A stretch of 61,114 bases of DNA from Myxococcota bacterium (GTDB taxonomy: Bacteria; Myxococcota; XYA12-FULL-58-9; JALHOP01), in assembly GCA_041288095.1 (NCBI GenBank), contig JBGGMJ010000107.1, positions 1 through 61,114 on the forward strand. Direction: 5' to 3'. The first letter of the stretch is position 1, and every line of letters starts with the position of its first letter. The position numbers were made by a program, and so were the translations under genes. Below the pieces are notes generated by a model that worked only from the letters and a program-made list of their open reading frames with translations, was not told the DNA's origin and made no database searches. Below, piece by piece: positions 8,638 through 19,100 of this stretch.

Positions 8638-9450
8638 ATGAGGACGTTTTTGGTCCTGGGCGCGGCCGTTTTGGCGGTCTGCGTGGCGTGTGGTGGTAAC
8701 GGCGATGACGGCGGCGACAACGAGCCGACAACGACGCTAGCCGGCGACGACGATCAGCCGCCTGTTGGCGACGACGATCAGCCCGGCGATCCAGCGCCGA
8801 CCGACCAGGGCCCGCCCCCGGTCTTGGGTCCGCTAGTGCGCATCTGCCCGATGGGAGACTCGATCACCGCCGGCACCGGCGAGAGAGCGAGCTACCGCCG
8901 TCCTCTGTGGCAGTCATTGCTGGCGCTCGGGGTCAACGTCGATTTCGTCGGCTCGATGGACGACAACAATACCGGTCCACCACCTTTCGCCGACTACGAC
9001 TGGGACAACGAAGGCCACGGCGGTTACCGCGCCGACGAGCTCGCCGACCGGCTGCCGGAGTGGATCCTCGAGTACGACGTCCCGGACATCGTCCTCCTGC
9101 ACATCGGCACCAATGACCTCCTGCAGGACGACTCCACCAACGGCGTCCTGGACGACATCGACAGGTTGCTCGGCATCATTCGCGGCCGCAACCCCAACGC
9201 CATCATCATCCTGGCGCGGATCATCGGCATGACCACGCAGTCCTTTACCGACAAGGCGAGCGCCTTGAACACCGCCATGCCGGCGTTCGTGACCAGCCGC
9301 GGGACGACGGCGAGCCCCATCTACCTGGTGGACCAAATGACGGGATTCACGCCCGCGACCATGACCTATGACGGGACGCACCCCAACGAGCTCGGAGAGC
9401 GCCATATGGCCGACGTGTGGCTCGCGGCGCTGCGACCGCTGCTCGATTGA
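8638..9450 (+). CDS. SGNH/GDSL hydrolase lipoprotein
   Basis: Lipobox VACG; GDSIT, EGHGG, HIGTND and DGTHP blocks; duplicated GDDDQP linker (8743-8784). Confidence 0.9.
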   Translation: MRTFLVLGAAVLAVCVACGGNGDDGGDNEPTTTLAGDDDQPPVGDDDQPGDPAPTDQGPPPVLGPLVRICPMGDSITAGTGERASYRRPLWQSLLALGVNVDFVGSMDDNNTGPPPFADYDWDNEGHGGYRADELADRLPEWILEYDVPDIVLLHIGTNDLLQDDSTNGVLDDIDRLLGIIRGRNPNAIIILARIIGMTTQSFTDKASALNTAMPAFVTSRGTTASPIYLVDQMTGFTPATMTYDGTHPNELGERHMADVWLAALRPLLD

Positions 9451-9558
9451 CCTGAACGTCATTTCAGTGCCGTTTGGGGCAACGCGACGCCCGCGGCTGC
9501 CGAAACTCAACTGAGAAGTCGAAGCTGAGGGGCGTGTCACCGCCGCTCGGGAGCCTGT

Positions 9559-10782
9559 TTGAAGGCGGTCATTGCGCGATATATGGAGACGCGACGCCTG
9601 CCGATCGCGGTCAGCGCCGACAAGGGTGCCGCTTCGGCCACTGGCGACAGGGTCGTCTCCGTCGATCTCTTCCTGCGCCTACCGGATGGCACGTTCCCCG
9701 AGGTCACCGATGAGGTGCTCCGCAAGGCGCGCCTGGCCGCCTTTCGCGGCTTCGGCGACAAGCTCCGCGAGCCGGGTGTCCGCCAGGGCATCGTGGTCAT
9801 GGGCCTCCCTTGCTCCGGGAAGTCGCGACTCGTCGCCGAGCTCAGCAAGAAACACCCGGACACGGTGTTTTTCGAAGCGACGCTATCGACACACCAGGAG
9901 CGCTTGAGCCTCATGCACGAGGCGCGCGGCGCCGGAATCCCCGTTCATTTGGTCCACGTCCACGAGAACCACGCCGTCGTGATGTCACGTAACGCCACTC
10001 GCGAGGGCAACCGGCGGCTCAGCAACGAAGCAATGCGAGGCATGATCGAGCGCCTCGGCACGCAGCCGCCGAGCGTCACCGAGGGGTTCAGCAGCATCAC
10101 CAAATACAGCAGCCTGTTGCCCTTCGAGCAGCTCATCAAGAAGTTCGATCGTCGCTCGTTCAGTGGGCTCGATGCCGTGTCGATGAGCTACGTCTCCCCC
10201 GCGGATCCGCGCGCCACGGCCAAGGCGGCAAACCCGATTCCCCTGCTGGGGGCCCTGTTCAGCATGGCGCCCGATGCGCACGTGGGGATCGTCCAGGGGC
10301 CATTCGACCGCTGTCATAACGCCGACCTGAAAAGGCTCAGGGAGGCCGCGGACGCGACCAACGAGCGCGGTGAGCCGCGCTTCACCCTGATCGTGGTGGC
10401 GCCGCTCGCCAAGCGGCCCGGCGAGCCGGAGCTGGAGACGCGTTTCGACGCCAATGTTGACCTCCTGCGCTTGGCCGTCGCGGCGGATCCGCGGCTCGCG
10501 CGACGCGTCGTCATCAGCGATGCGCATGGCCGCGTCCCGGGGTTTCCCCATGACCCAGCTCGAGGCATGCAACGGCTCATCGAGGTCTACAACCCGAAGC
10601 ACCGGCCAGGACGCTTCAGCGTGATCGAGGGTGACGCGAGCGAGACTTCCGCCGAGCTCCGCGCCGCGTTGGAAGCCGGTGATCTGACCTCCATCGCGGA
10701 CAAGGTACCGCCGACGACGCTGCAGGCCATGAAGGCCGAGCTCGCGGTCAGGGGTGTACCGCTATTGCAGAACTTCAGCTGA
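9559..10782 (+). CDS. AAA_33-type P-loop kinase fused to a degenerate NadD/cytidylyltransferase-like domain
   Basis: Walker A GLPCSGKS, FEATLS..ER, RNATR; C-half VGIVQGPFDRCHNADL and TSAELRAALEAGD..IADKVPP resemble the GxFDPxHxGH and SSTxIR..LVP motifs. Confidence 0.65.
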   Translation: MKAVIARYMETRRLPIAVSADKGAASATGDRVVSVDLFLRLPDGTFPEVTDEVLRKARLAAFRGFGDKLREPGVRQGIVVMGLPCSGKSRLVAELSKKHPDTVFFEATLSTHQERLSLMHEARGAGIPVHLVHVHENHAVVMSRNATREGNRRLSNEAMRGMIERLGTQPPSVTEGFSSITKYSSLLPFEQLIKKFDRRSFSGLDAVSMSYVSPADPRATAKAANPIPLLGALFSMAPDAHVGIVQGPFDRCHNADLKRLREAADATNERGEPRFTLIVVAPLAKRPGEPELETRFDANVDLLRLAVAADPRLARRVVISDAHGRVPGFPHDPARGMQRLIEVYNPKHRPGRFSVIEGDASETSAELRAALEAGDLTSIADKVPPTTLQAMKAELAVRGVPLLQNFS

Positions 10783-12088
10783 GGCTTTTTTCGATCGCCA
10801 GCATGCGCAGGTACTTGGCGCGCCGCACCCAGGTCTTTGGGTCGGGGAAGTCGCCGACCGGCTGCGGATCACCGGTCTTCAAGCCCAGCGAGCCCGTGGC
10901 GTAGGCGAGATCGGCGATGCTGTCGTCCAGCGTCTCGCCACTGCGGTGCGACACCACGCAGCGCATGTCGGCTTCTTTCGCCTGCTTCATGACGTCGAGC
11001 GTGCCGCCGACGGTGCCGTTCTGGTTGACCTTGATGAGAATGGCGCTCGCGGCGCGGCTCACGATGCCCTTATCGAGGCGGATCTTCTGGGTCACGAAGA
11101 GATCGTCACCGATGGTGAGCACATTGCGCTTGCGCATCTCACCTGTGAGCGTCGCCCACGCCGCCCAGTCGTTTTCGTCGAGGCCGTCCTCGATCGACAG
11201 GACCTTGCCGCTATAGCGGTCAACAAAGTCGACGAGGTACTTGATCATCTGCTCGCTCGTGAGCGCTTCGCCGCGGAACTTGTAGCGCTTGGCGGCGGAG
11301 TCGTAGAACGAGCTGGCGGCGACATCGAGCGCCATCTTCACGTCGCGGCCGGGCACGTAACCGGCCTTTTCGACGGCTTGCCACACCAACCCGATAGCCT
11401 CGGTGGAGTCCCCGAGACCCTTCACGGAGAAGCCGGCTTCGTCCGCGCGGGTGACCGCTTTGGCGTCCCACTTGGCGAGGAGTAGCTCCTTCAGGGCCGC
11501 GTCGATCTTCTCGCCCACCGCCAGTTGCTCGGCGTAGGTCTTCGCCGAGACCGGTACGACCATGATCTCTTGCACGTCGATGCGGTCCTTACCGAGCACT
11601 TCGCCGTCGGCCTTCTTCAAGGCGTGCAGGCCGCCGTTGAAGATGTTCATGTAGAAGTGAACCGTGTCCTTGGCGGCGAGCTTGGCTTCGTGCTTCTGGA
11701 TGTATTGCCAGAGCTCCATGCCGTTGAGCTTCGCGGCCGCCCGCCACAAGGCACGCGATACCGGCAGCGTTGCATTGGCGCCCAGGTCTTTGAAGTTGTC
11801 GCCGGCGCGCGCGATCATCATGTTCTCGAGGCTGCGCAGACCCTCGTAGGTCGCGACGTCGAGGTTCGCCTTCTTGAACATCGGCAAGATGACGTCGTGC
11901 ACGTTCTTGATGGCTTCGGGGACGGGCACGGTCTGAGCCTCGTCTTCGCCCTTCGATGCGCCGGCGGGTACGTCGCCCATGGTGGTGACGCCGCCGATGG
12001 TGGCGGTCACCTCGACGGTCGGGCGACCACGCGAGTCTTTCGCCTCGCGCGCTTCAAGACGCAAACCTTCACTCTTGGCAGTTGTCAT
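10775..12088 (-). CDS. eno: Enolase (phosphopyruvate hydratase), divergent
   Basis: DSRGRPTVEV, GAS, LGANA, NGGLHA, QE, DE, DVAAS, SIEDG, GDDLFVT, ILIKVNQ, SHRSGET and KTG all present. Confidence 0.9.
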   Translation of the reverse strand: MTTAKSEGLRLEAREAKDSRGRPTVEVTATIGGVTTMGDVPAGASKGEDEAQTVPVPEAIKNVHDVILPMFKKANLDVATYEGLRSLENMMIARAGDNFKDLGANATLPVSRALWRAAAKLNGMELWQYIQKHEAKLAAKDTVHFYMNIFNGGLHALKKADGEVLGKDRIDVQEIMVVPVSAKTYAEQLAVGEKIDAALKELLLAKWDAKAVTRADEAGFSVKGLGDSTEAIGLVWQAVEKAGYVPGRDVKMALDVAASSFYDSAAKRYKFRGEALTSEQMIKYLVDFVDRYSGKVLSIEDGLDENDWAAWATLTGEMRKRNVLTIGDDLFVTQKIRLDKGIVSRAASAILIKVNQNGTVGGTLDVMKQAKEADMRCVVSHRSGETLDDSIADLAYATGSLGLKTGDPQPVGDFPDPKTWVRRAKYLRMLAIEKSLS

Positions 12089-12344
12089 CGCGGCCCCCTT
12101 CTTGGAAATGCGAGGGCTGCGTTAAACGCCAGAGTCGTCGATCAAGCAAGCCGCGGAGCGGCGCGTCTACCAGTCGCCGACAGCGCCCGGGCCTTCCGCC
12201 GGGAGCCCCCCGGAGGCCAGCTCGACGCCCGAAGCGAAGAGGCTCGTCCCAAGGCCGTTGATGCGCATGTCCATGGCACGGTTCTCGGCACCTCACGGCG
12301 CGAGTTTCCGCCCGGTGCCGCGCCTGTGGCACCCGGCGTCGCGG

Positions 12345-13424
12345 CTACTGCAGCTTCAAGTCGACGAGCGCGGCCTTGATGTCCGCGATCGGTAGCTCGT
12401 AGCGCTCGCTCACCTGCTGCGCCACGGTCGGGTTGCCGTCGATCTGACCACCTACCGCCATGACCTCGATGAGATGATGCTCTTGGCTGGCGCCGGCATC
12501 GATGGTCGCGGTCGAGAGCGCCATGGTGGTGTAAGCCTTCACCAAGCCTTCCATGTGGCGGTCCAAGGCCTGCTGCACGACGGCGAGGATGCGCTCGGTG
12601 ATGGCGGCGTTGAGCTGATTGCTGGTGCGAACGTCGAGCGGGTCTTCCTTGAGACGCACGGCGTCCGCCCCGGCGGTGAGCTGAGCGTTGCCCTTGTCCT
12701 TCGACATCTCCTGCACCTTGAAGGGGAAGACGCGACTCTCGATGCTGACTTCGCCGTTCGCGAACACCGTCCGCTTTAGCGTATCGATCTCGTATTCGTA
12801 GATGTCGTTCGGGCCGGGCTTCTGTCCCTCGGGCAGCACGACGCCGGGCTTGAGTCGCGTCGTTTTCACCTTGTCGGGGCTCTCGATCTCCTCGATCACG
12901 TCCATGCGAACGAGCAAATTGAGCGGCTGAGTACCGCCCGAGCACTTGGCGCGCGCTTCGGCGAGCTTTGCCTCGGCGCCGGTCTTGATCAAGGCAATGG
13001 CGTCCGACGGCTTCTTGCGCTTGGTACGGTCGACGAGGTTGAGCTTGGGCGGCCCGAAGCAAACGCGCTCTTTGACCCTGGCGTAGAGCTTGTTGACGCG
13101 AGCCTGATCGACGCTGGCGCCATTGGCGCGCGCCAGGGCGAGCGCGAACAGCGGGCTCGCCCAAGCGCCGTCGGCCTTGGCGCGCTGCTCGGCCAAGGCC
13201 AGGTATTTGGCGGCTGCCTTGGCGCGACGCTGGGTGCGCTCGACTTCGGTTTCCTTCGGTTCCTCCGCTCGCGCGGGCGGAGGCGTGCTCTCGCTGGTGG
13301 CACCGGGAGCACCACCCGCGGCGGAGACATTACCGACACCGGTGGGTTTGGTGGCGGGGGGCGCGGACGCCTTGCCGCAGCCTACGAGCGCGAGGCCGAG
13401 AAGCACCGCTCGCGCGGACCTCAT
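12345..13424 (-). CDS. Hypothetical lipoprotein (359 aa)
   Basis: True start MRSARAVLLGLALVGC at 13424 (TAATG overlap with upstream stop); lipobox LVGC and Pro/Ala linker. Confidence 0.75.
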   Translation of the reverse strand: MRSARAVLLGLALVGCGKASAPPATKPTGVGNVSAAGGAPGATSESTPPPARAEEPKETEVERTQRRAKAAAKYLALAEQRAKADGAWASPLFALALARANGASVDQARVNKLYARVKERVCFGPPKLNLVDRTKRKKPSDAIALIKTGAEAKLAEARAKCSGGTQPLNLLVRMDVIEEIESPDKVKTTRLKPGVVLPEGQKPGPNDIYEYEIDTLKRTVFANGEVSIESRVFPFKVQEMSKDKGNAQLTAGADAVRLKEDPLDVRTSNQLNAAITERILAVVQQALDRHMEGLVKAYTTMALSTATIDAGASQEHHLIEVMAVGGQIDGNPTVAQQVSERYELPIADIKAALVDLKLQ

Positions 13425-15091
13425 TAGTATTCCCGCACCGTGAGCTGATTGATGCTCTGGAACTTCGAGGTCTTGCCGTCGAGCCCGAGCAGGACGATCT
13501 CGTCGCTGACGTCGTGGACTTCGCCGTTCTGCTTGGCGCGCAGAGCCCGTTGCACGATGAGCTCGGGCTTGCCGTCGTGCTGGAGATCCATGACCGCGAG
13601 CAAGCGCGCCGACGGCGGCGTTTGGCCGCCCTCCGGGGTGCCGAAGCCTTGCGAGCTCCAGGGCTCCTCGGCCTTCAGGCGCCAGCGCATCTCGATGGCG
13701 GCGGGCCGCACTTCGGCGACCAGATAGCCGCCTTTGCCGAGCGAGTAGACGCGCAACGCGGCGCCCGGCGCCAATGGGCGCTTGAATGCTTCCTCGAAGA
13801 TTTGCGCCTGCACGTCGTCTTGGACGTTGGTGTGCGGCACGAAGACCCCGAGCGGCCGCGACAGGAAGATCACCGGCTCGCCGTCGAGCTTGCTGACGAC
13901 CTGCGCCCAATCGACGTCGTAGCAGTAGCGAGCTCCGCCTTGGCGGCAGAAGGCGCGCAAGGGGTTGGACGGCAGGTTCTCGCCGAAGCGCTCCGCGAGA
14001 TCGTTCAAGGTCACGACCTCGGTCATGCCGACCGCGTCGCCGGTGCGGTTGTATGCGAACCACGAGCCGAGCTTGGGCTCCGTTTTAGCGGGCTGGATGC
14101 TGTCGGACGAGCCGACGTAATGAGCCATACCGGCGATGAGATCGGCGCGCACCAGCCCGTAGACGATGGGCTCCATCAACACCGCGACGTCGACATCGGA
14201 GGCCAACGTCAGGTCGGAGCAGTTGACCGTGAACATGCGCGGCGGCTCGGCGACCGGCCGCACCTCGCAGCGATCGTCGCGCGTGCCCAGCAAGAAGACA
14301 TCGCTGTTCGCTTCGATGTTGGGGAGCGGCTGCTTGTAGCGATAGCGCACGAGCACGCGGTTCTTGTGATCGCCGGTGCAGCCGATGGCGTTGCCCAGAC
14401 GCGATTCGGCGCCTTTGGCTTCCAGGGTGCAGCCGAGCTGCGCGGTCGCCACCGGCGTCCAGGTCGACAAGAATCCCGCGACGCGCAACACGTCGAGGTC
14501 ATCGAGAGCGCGCGGCTCTTCGCGCACCCAGGAGATCGCCATGTTGGCGATCTGCTGCATGGCGTTCGGCGGCAAGCACTTGAGGCGCGTCGGATCCTCG
14601 AGGAGCGCCTTGAGCATGGTGGTGCGGTGCGACGACAGGCCAGCCAGCACATCTCCGATAGCGAAGCTCGCGTCGCAGACATCGCCCTGCGCGCGGGTCA
14701 GCCGTAGCAGCGCCAGCACGGGGTGCATTTCACCGAGCTCGCGCACGAGTCGAATCTGCTCACACAACGATCGATCGATCAGATGCTCGGCGTCGCCGGC
14801 GATGAAGGCGGCGCGGGCCTTGGTGTCGTCGGTACCGACGATCTCGGTGACATAGCGCGAGCGCTGCGAGACCAGCGCGTCTTGCATGTTGTCGTCGAGG
14901 ACTTCGTCGATGGCGCGGATCTTCGCGAGCGCGGCGCAGGCGCCCTCTTCACGCGCGATGCCCTGCAAGTCCGAGAGGATTTCTTCGCGCTGGGTCGCGG
15001 CTCTGAACTCGCGGACGAAATAATAGGTGACGCCGCCGACGACAGCCAGAGTGAAGAGGATGATGAGGGACAGCGAGACCCTGGAAGACAT
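13424..15091 (-). CDS. Hypothetical membrane-anchored Cys-rich protein
   Basis: N-terminal TM helix, many spaced Cys, C-terminal MDLQHDGKPELIV (FG-GAP-like); TATAAT on the minus strand at 15103-15108. Confidence 0.75.
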   Translation of the reverse strand: MSSRVSLSLIILFTLAVVGGVTYYFVREFRAATQREEILSDLQGIAREEGACAALAKIRAIDEVLDDNMQDALVSQRSRYVTEIVGTDDTKARAAFIAGDAEHLIDRSLCEQIRLVRELGEMHPVLALLRLTRAQGDVCDASFAIGDVLAGLSSHRTTMLKALLEDPTRLKCLPPNAMQQIANMAISWVREEPRALDDLDVLRVAGFLSTWTPVATAQLGCTLEAKGAESRLGNAIGCTGDHKNRVLVRYRYKQPLPNIEANSDVFLLGTRDDRCEVRPVAEPPRMFTVNCSDLTLASDVDVAVLMEPIVYGLVRADLIAGMAHYVGSSDSIQPAKTEPKLGSWFAYNRTGDAVGMTEVVTLNDLAERFGENLPSNPLRAFCRQGGARYCYDVDWAQVVSKLDGEPVIFLSRPLGVFVPHTNVQDDVQAQIFEEAFKRPLAPGAALRVYSLGKGGYLVAEVRPAAIEMRWRLKAEEPWSSQGFGTPEGGQTPPSARLLAVMDLQHDGKPELIVQRALRAKQNGEVHDVSDEIVLLGLDGKTSKFQSINQLTVREY

Positions 15092-15155
15092 AAGAGGCCA
15101 CGATTATACGCCGGAGTGCACTTCGGCAAAAGAAATGTAGGTGTCGAACGCCAAG

Positions 15156-16106
15156 CTATTTGTCTTGCATTTCCAGCCAGCGCTCACAGTCGATCGCCGC
15201 CATGCAGCCGCTGCCGGCCGCGGTGACGGCCTGCCGGTAGGTGTGATCCTGCACGTCGCCGCAGGCAAAGACCCCTTCGACGCTGGTGTAAGACCCCTTA
15301 CCGCGGGTCTTGATGTAGCCGGTCTCCTCGAGCTCGAGCTGGTCCTCGAAGAGGCTGGTATTGGGCTTATGGCCGATGGCGATGAACACGCCTGCCACCT
15401 GACGTTCCGTGGTCTCGCCGTTCTTGAGGTTTTTCAGGCGCACGCCGGTGACGTGCTTGTCGCCCAGGATCTCGTCGATGCCCGTGTTGACGATGAACTC
15501 GATCTTCGGGTTCTTGCGGGCTCGGTCGAGCATGATCTTCGAGGCGCGGAACTCCTCGCGGCGGTGCACCAGCAGGATCTTGCTGGCAAAGCGCGTCAGG
15601 AACTGCGCTTCTTCCATGGCCGTGTCGCCGCCGCCGACGACCACGAGCTCCTTGTTGCGGAAGGCCGGCAGGGCGCCGTCGCAGGTTGCGCAGGCGCTGA
15701 CGCCGGCGTTGGCGAGCCGGCGCTCACTCTCGATGCCGAGCCATTTGGCCGCGGCCCCGGTGGCGATGATGACCGCGTGCGCCTTGTGGGTGACCCCGTC
15801 GGAGACCACGGTGAACGGGCGTTTGCTCAGGTCGACCTTCTCGACGTCTTGCGTGAGGATGCGGGTGCCGAAGCGCTCGGACTGCTTGCGGAAGTGGAGC
15901 ATCAGCTCGGGGCCGGTGACGCCCTCGGGGAAACCCGGGTAGTTCTCGACCTCGGTGGTGGTCATGAGCTGCCCACCGGGCAGGCCGCCTGCGCTAAACC
16001 CCTCGAACATCAGGGGTTTCAGGTTGGCGCGCGCCGTATAGATGGCCGCGGTGTGGCCAGCGGGGCCCGACCCGATGATGATGACGTTTTCGACTTCGCT
16101 GCTCAT
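15156..16106 (-). CDS. trxB: Thioredoxin-disulfide reductase
   Basis: [41 protein letters not shown] and QAVTAAGSG. Confidence 0.97.
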   Translation of the reverse strand: MSSEVENVIIIGSGPAGHTAAIYTARANLKPLMFEGFSAGGLPGGQLMTTTEVENYPGFPEGVTGPELMLHFRKQSERFGTRILTQDVEKVDLSKRPFTVVSDGVTHKAHAVIIATGAAAKWLGIESERRLANAGVSACATCDGALPAFRNKELVVVGGGDTAMEEAQFLTRFASKILLVHRREEFRASKIMLDRARKNPKIEFIVNTGIDEILGDKHVTGVRLKNLKNGETTERQVAGVFIAIGHKPNTSLFEDQLELEETGYIKTRGKGSYTSVEGVFACGDVQDHTYRQAVTAAGSGCMAAIDCERWLEMQDK

Positions 16107-16183
16107 GGTCGCTTTATGCTCCAAGGGCCCGACAATACGGCTCGCGCCTCGGAGTCGGCTAGAGGATAGAATGGCCGGCGATT

Positions 16184-19100
16184 ATGAAGTGCCTCTTCCG
16201 CTGCTCCCTCGTCGCGACCCTCTACTTCTTCACCACGGCCTGTAGCGTCTCGCTCGACGTGCCCGACGGCGCGGTCATCACCTGCGAAGTCGATACCGAG
16301 TGCCCCGACGGCTACGTCTGTGGCGCCGGCACCTGCGAACAAGTCCTGGTCAACGTCGCCCCCACCGTTTCGGTGCGCGCGACGGCACGCGGCGCCGGGA
16401 CTCTCCCTTTGGAGCTCACGATCGCCGATGCCAACGGTAACGTCGGGCGAGCGGAGACCGTCGCCGTCGAGCTCGCGAGCATCATCGCCGGCGTCCGCTG
16501 CCCGATCAGCACGCTGGACGTGGCCCTCGACGCCATCGCCACGACGCGGGCGGGCACGACGATCACCACCACCTGGAACGCTATCGCGGACGCGTCACCC
16601 CAGTGCAACCTGGTGCCGCGCGAGGTCGACCGGGACGGTGACGGTGCACCCGACGCCTCGGTGCTGCCGCGTCTCGCCGGCGTGGTCGTCGAAGCGACTG
16701 CAATCGACGCCGGCGGTGCACGCGGTGCGCCGGCCACCGCCAACGCCGAGCTCGGCAACGACGCCCCTCTGGTGACGCTCTCCGCGACCCCGCCCCGTGT
16801 CGTCGGCGACGTCCCTTTCGCCTACACCATCGATGACAGCTCGCTCGACCCGAGCGATCTCGATGTCGAGTTCGCGCTCCCGGACGCGCCGACGGTCTGG
16901 CGCAAGGCGCTCATCAAGTATGGCGCCACCGCCTCCATCGCCAGCGACGGCTCCGAGCAGGTCTTCGTCTGGGACAGCGCCGATCCCGTGGGCGGTGCCG
17001 GCGCCCTGCGTCTGTCTGGTGTGCACCTGCGCGCCCGCGCCCGGGACGATGTCGGCGGTCACGACTACGGCCCCTTCGACGAAGCGACATTCGGGGTCGA
17101 CAACCAGACGACGCCGACCATCGAATCGCTGCAGCTCATCGGCGACGACTTCGGCCGGCCGAGCATCGGCTATCTCTCCTATCGCGCCGTCGATGAGCAA
17201 TCCGATCCGGTGGACCTGCGGGTCGAGGTCTCCATCGAAGGCGAGCCCTTCACGACCGCGAGCGAGCTGCCGACGGAGCTGCACCATGGCCGGCTCCGCC
17301 TTGCTTCCTCACCGCGCACCAGCACCGGCGGCGGCGTCGAGCACCTTTTTGCGTGGGACGTCTCCGCCGACGTCGGGGGCCGCGTAACGACGGACGTGGT
17401 GTTGCGCGTCACGCCGGCCGATCCACGCGCGGGTATCGGCAACCCCACGTTCCTCGCGGTGGGCGCGCGTGTCGGCTCGCCACCGACCGAGGCCAGCGCC
17501 GCGGGCTACGCCATCTTGGGAGCGGTAAGCGCCGACACACGGCACCGCGTCCTCCTCGGCAATGTCGACGGTAGCGCCGGCCTCGACGCGGTGACCGGGG
17601 TCAATCAGGGAGCCGCGGGCCTCGCGAGCGTCGAGATTTTCCGCTTCAGCGGACAGTCGACCAGCACCGTCCCCGACGGCAGGTTCGGCGGGCCGGTGAG
17701 CACCGACATCACCTTTGGAACCAGCGCGCGCGCCTATGCCTTGGGCAGGCTCGACGGCGATGCCTACGACGATCTCGTGATCATGGACTCGAGCGACGTG
17801 GCGCTCGTCTTCGGCTCCGTGGGCGGTTTCGCCGGCGTAACGCCGTTCGCCGGCCAGGGGTGCGACACGCACACCACGACCCTCGCCATCGGCGACTTCA
17901 ACAACGACGGGCAGAACGAAGTCGCCTTGCCGTGTCCCGGCCAAGTGAAGATCATCCGCTTCAGCGGAACCTGGCAGGTCGATCCGACGACCTATACAGT
18001 TCCGCAGACGGCTGTGCGCATCGCGGCCGGTGACGTCAACGGCGACGACCGCGACGACCTGGTGATCGCGACCGCCGGCGGTAGCCAGGACCTCTTCGAC
18101 CTCGCGATTCTGCCGGGTCAGGCGGGCTCCGTGTTGCTGGGGACCCGCCAGGTCATCGCCGACGACCTGCCGATGAACTACGAGGACGGCGCCATCATCT
18201 TCAACGAGCGCGGGGTCGATGTCGCCGCCGGTGACGTCGACGGCGACGGCGTCGACGACATCGTGGTGGACACGTCGCCGTTGCCTACCATCAGCGAGCT
18301 TCGCGTCTACCGCGGTGGCCCCGTCATCTCATTGCCCATCGTCAGCGCCGCGATGCCGGAGCTCTCCGAATACCTGAACATCGCCGATGTCGATGGCGAC
18401 GGCCGCAACGAGATCATCACCTGGGCCTGTATCAGGAGCGGCGGCGCGCCCTGCCCTTATATCCATGCGTTGCGCGACGGGGCCCTGCCACTCCTCGCCA
18501 ACCCCCGCCTCGAGGGTCTGACGTGCGGTACAGCCGCCAACGGTGCCGCCGCGGATCTCGACGGCGACGGCAAAGCGGAGCTCGTGGTCAACGAATTCTG
18601 CAGTCCACAGGCCGGTGCCCTGTTCACCTATTCATTGGGCGGAGGCTTCGTGCCGCGCCTGCTCGACGACGTCACGACGATGAGCTCGGTCGAGCCCGAC
18701 TCCGATGACTTCAGCATCTGCGACTACGACCACGACGGCGCGCTGGACGTCGTGAGCCTCGAGTACTTGGTCATGGGCGCGGAGGTGCAAGCCGGCCGCA
18801 CCAACTTGCCGACCGCGACGCCCGCCCTCACCACGCTCAACGCCGGCACGGTCTCGGCCTGGGCGAACAGCCCCTCGTTCATGCGTAGCAGGCCTGGGGA
18901 CTTCAATGGCGACGGCATCCTCGACGTCTTCACCCACGACAGCGGTGTCGAAGCGGCGTCGATCGCGCTCGCCGCGTTCGACGCCCAGCGCGGCTACAGC
19001 TTGCGGCCCTACGCGTTCGTGTCGATGGTCGCGCCACTCGACCAGCTCATCGCTATCGCGGACGTGAACGAAGACGGCCGCGACGACGTCATCGGCGTCG

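Noticed and set aside
8743..8784. Direct repeat in the SGNH gene
   Set aside because: Just a duplicated GDDDQP linker in a lipoprotein tether.
12274..12290. Sigma54 promoter TGGCACG...
   Set aside because: No TTGC at -12, and it points away from eno.
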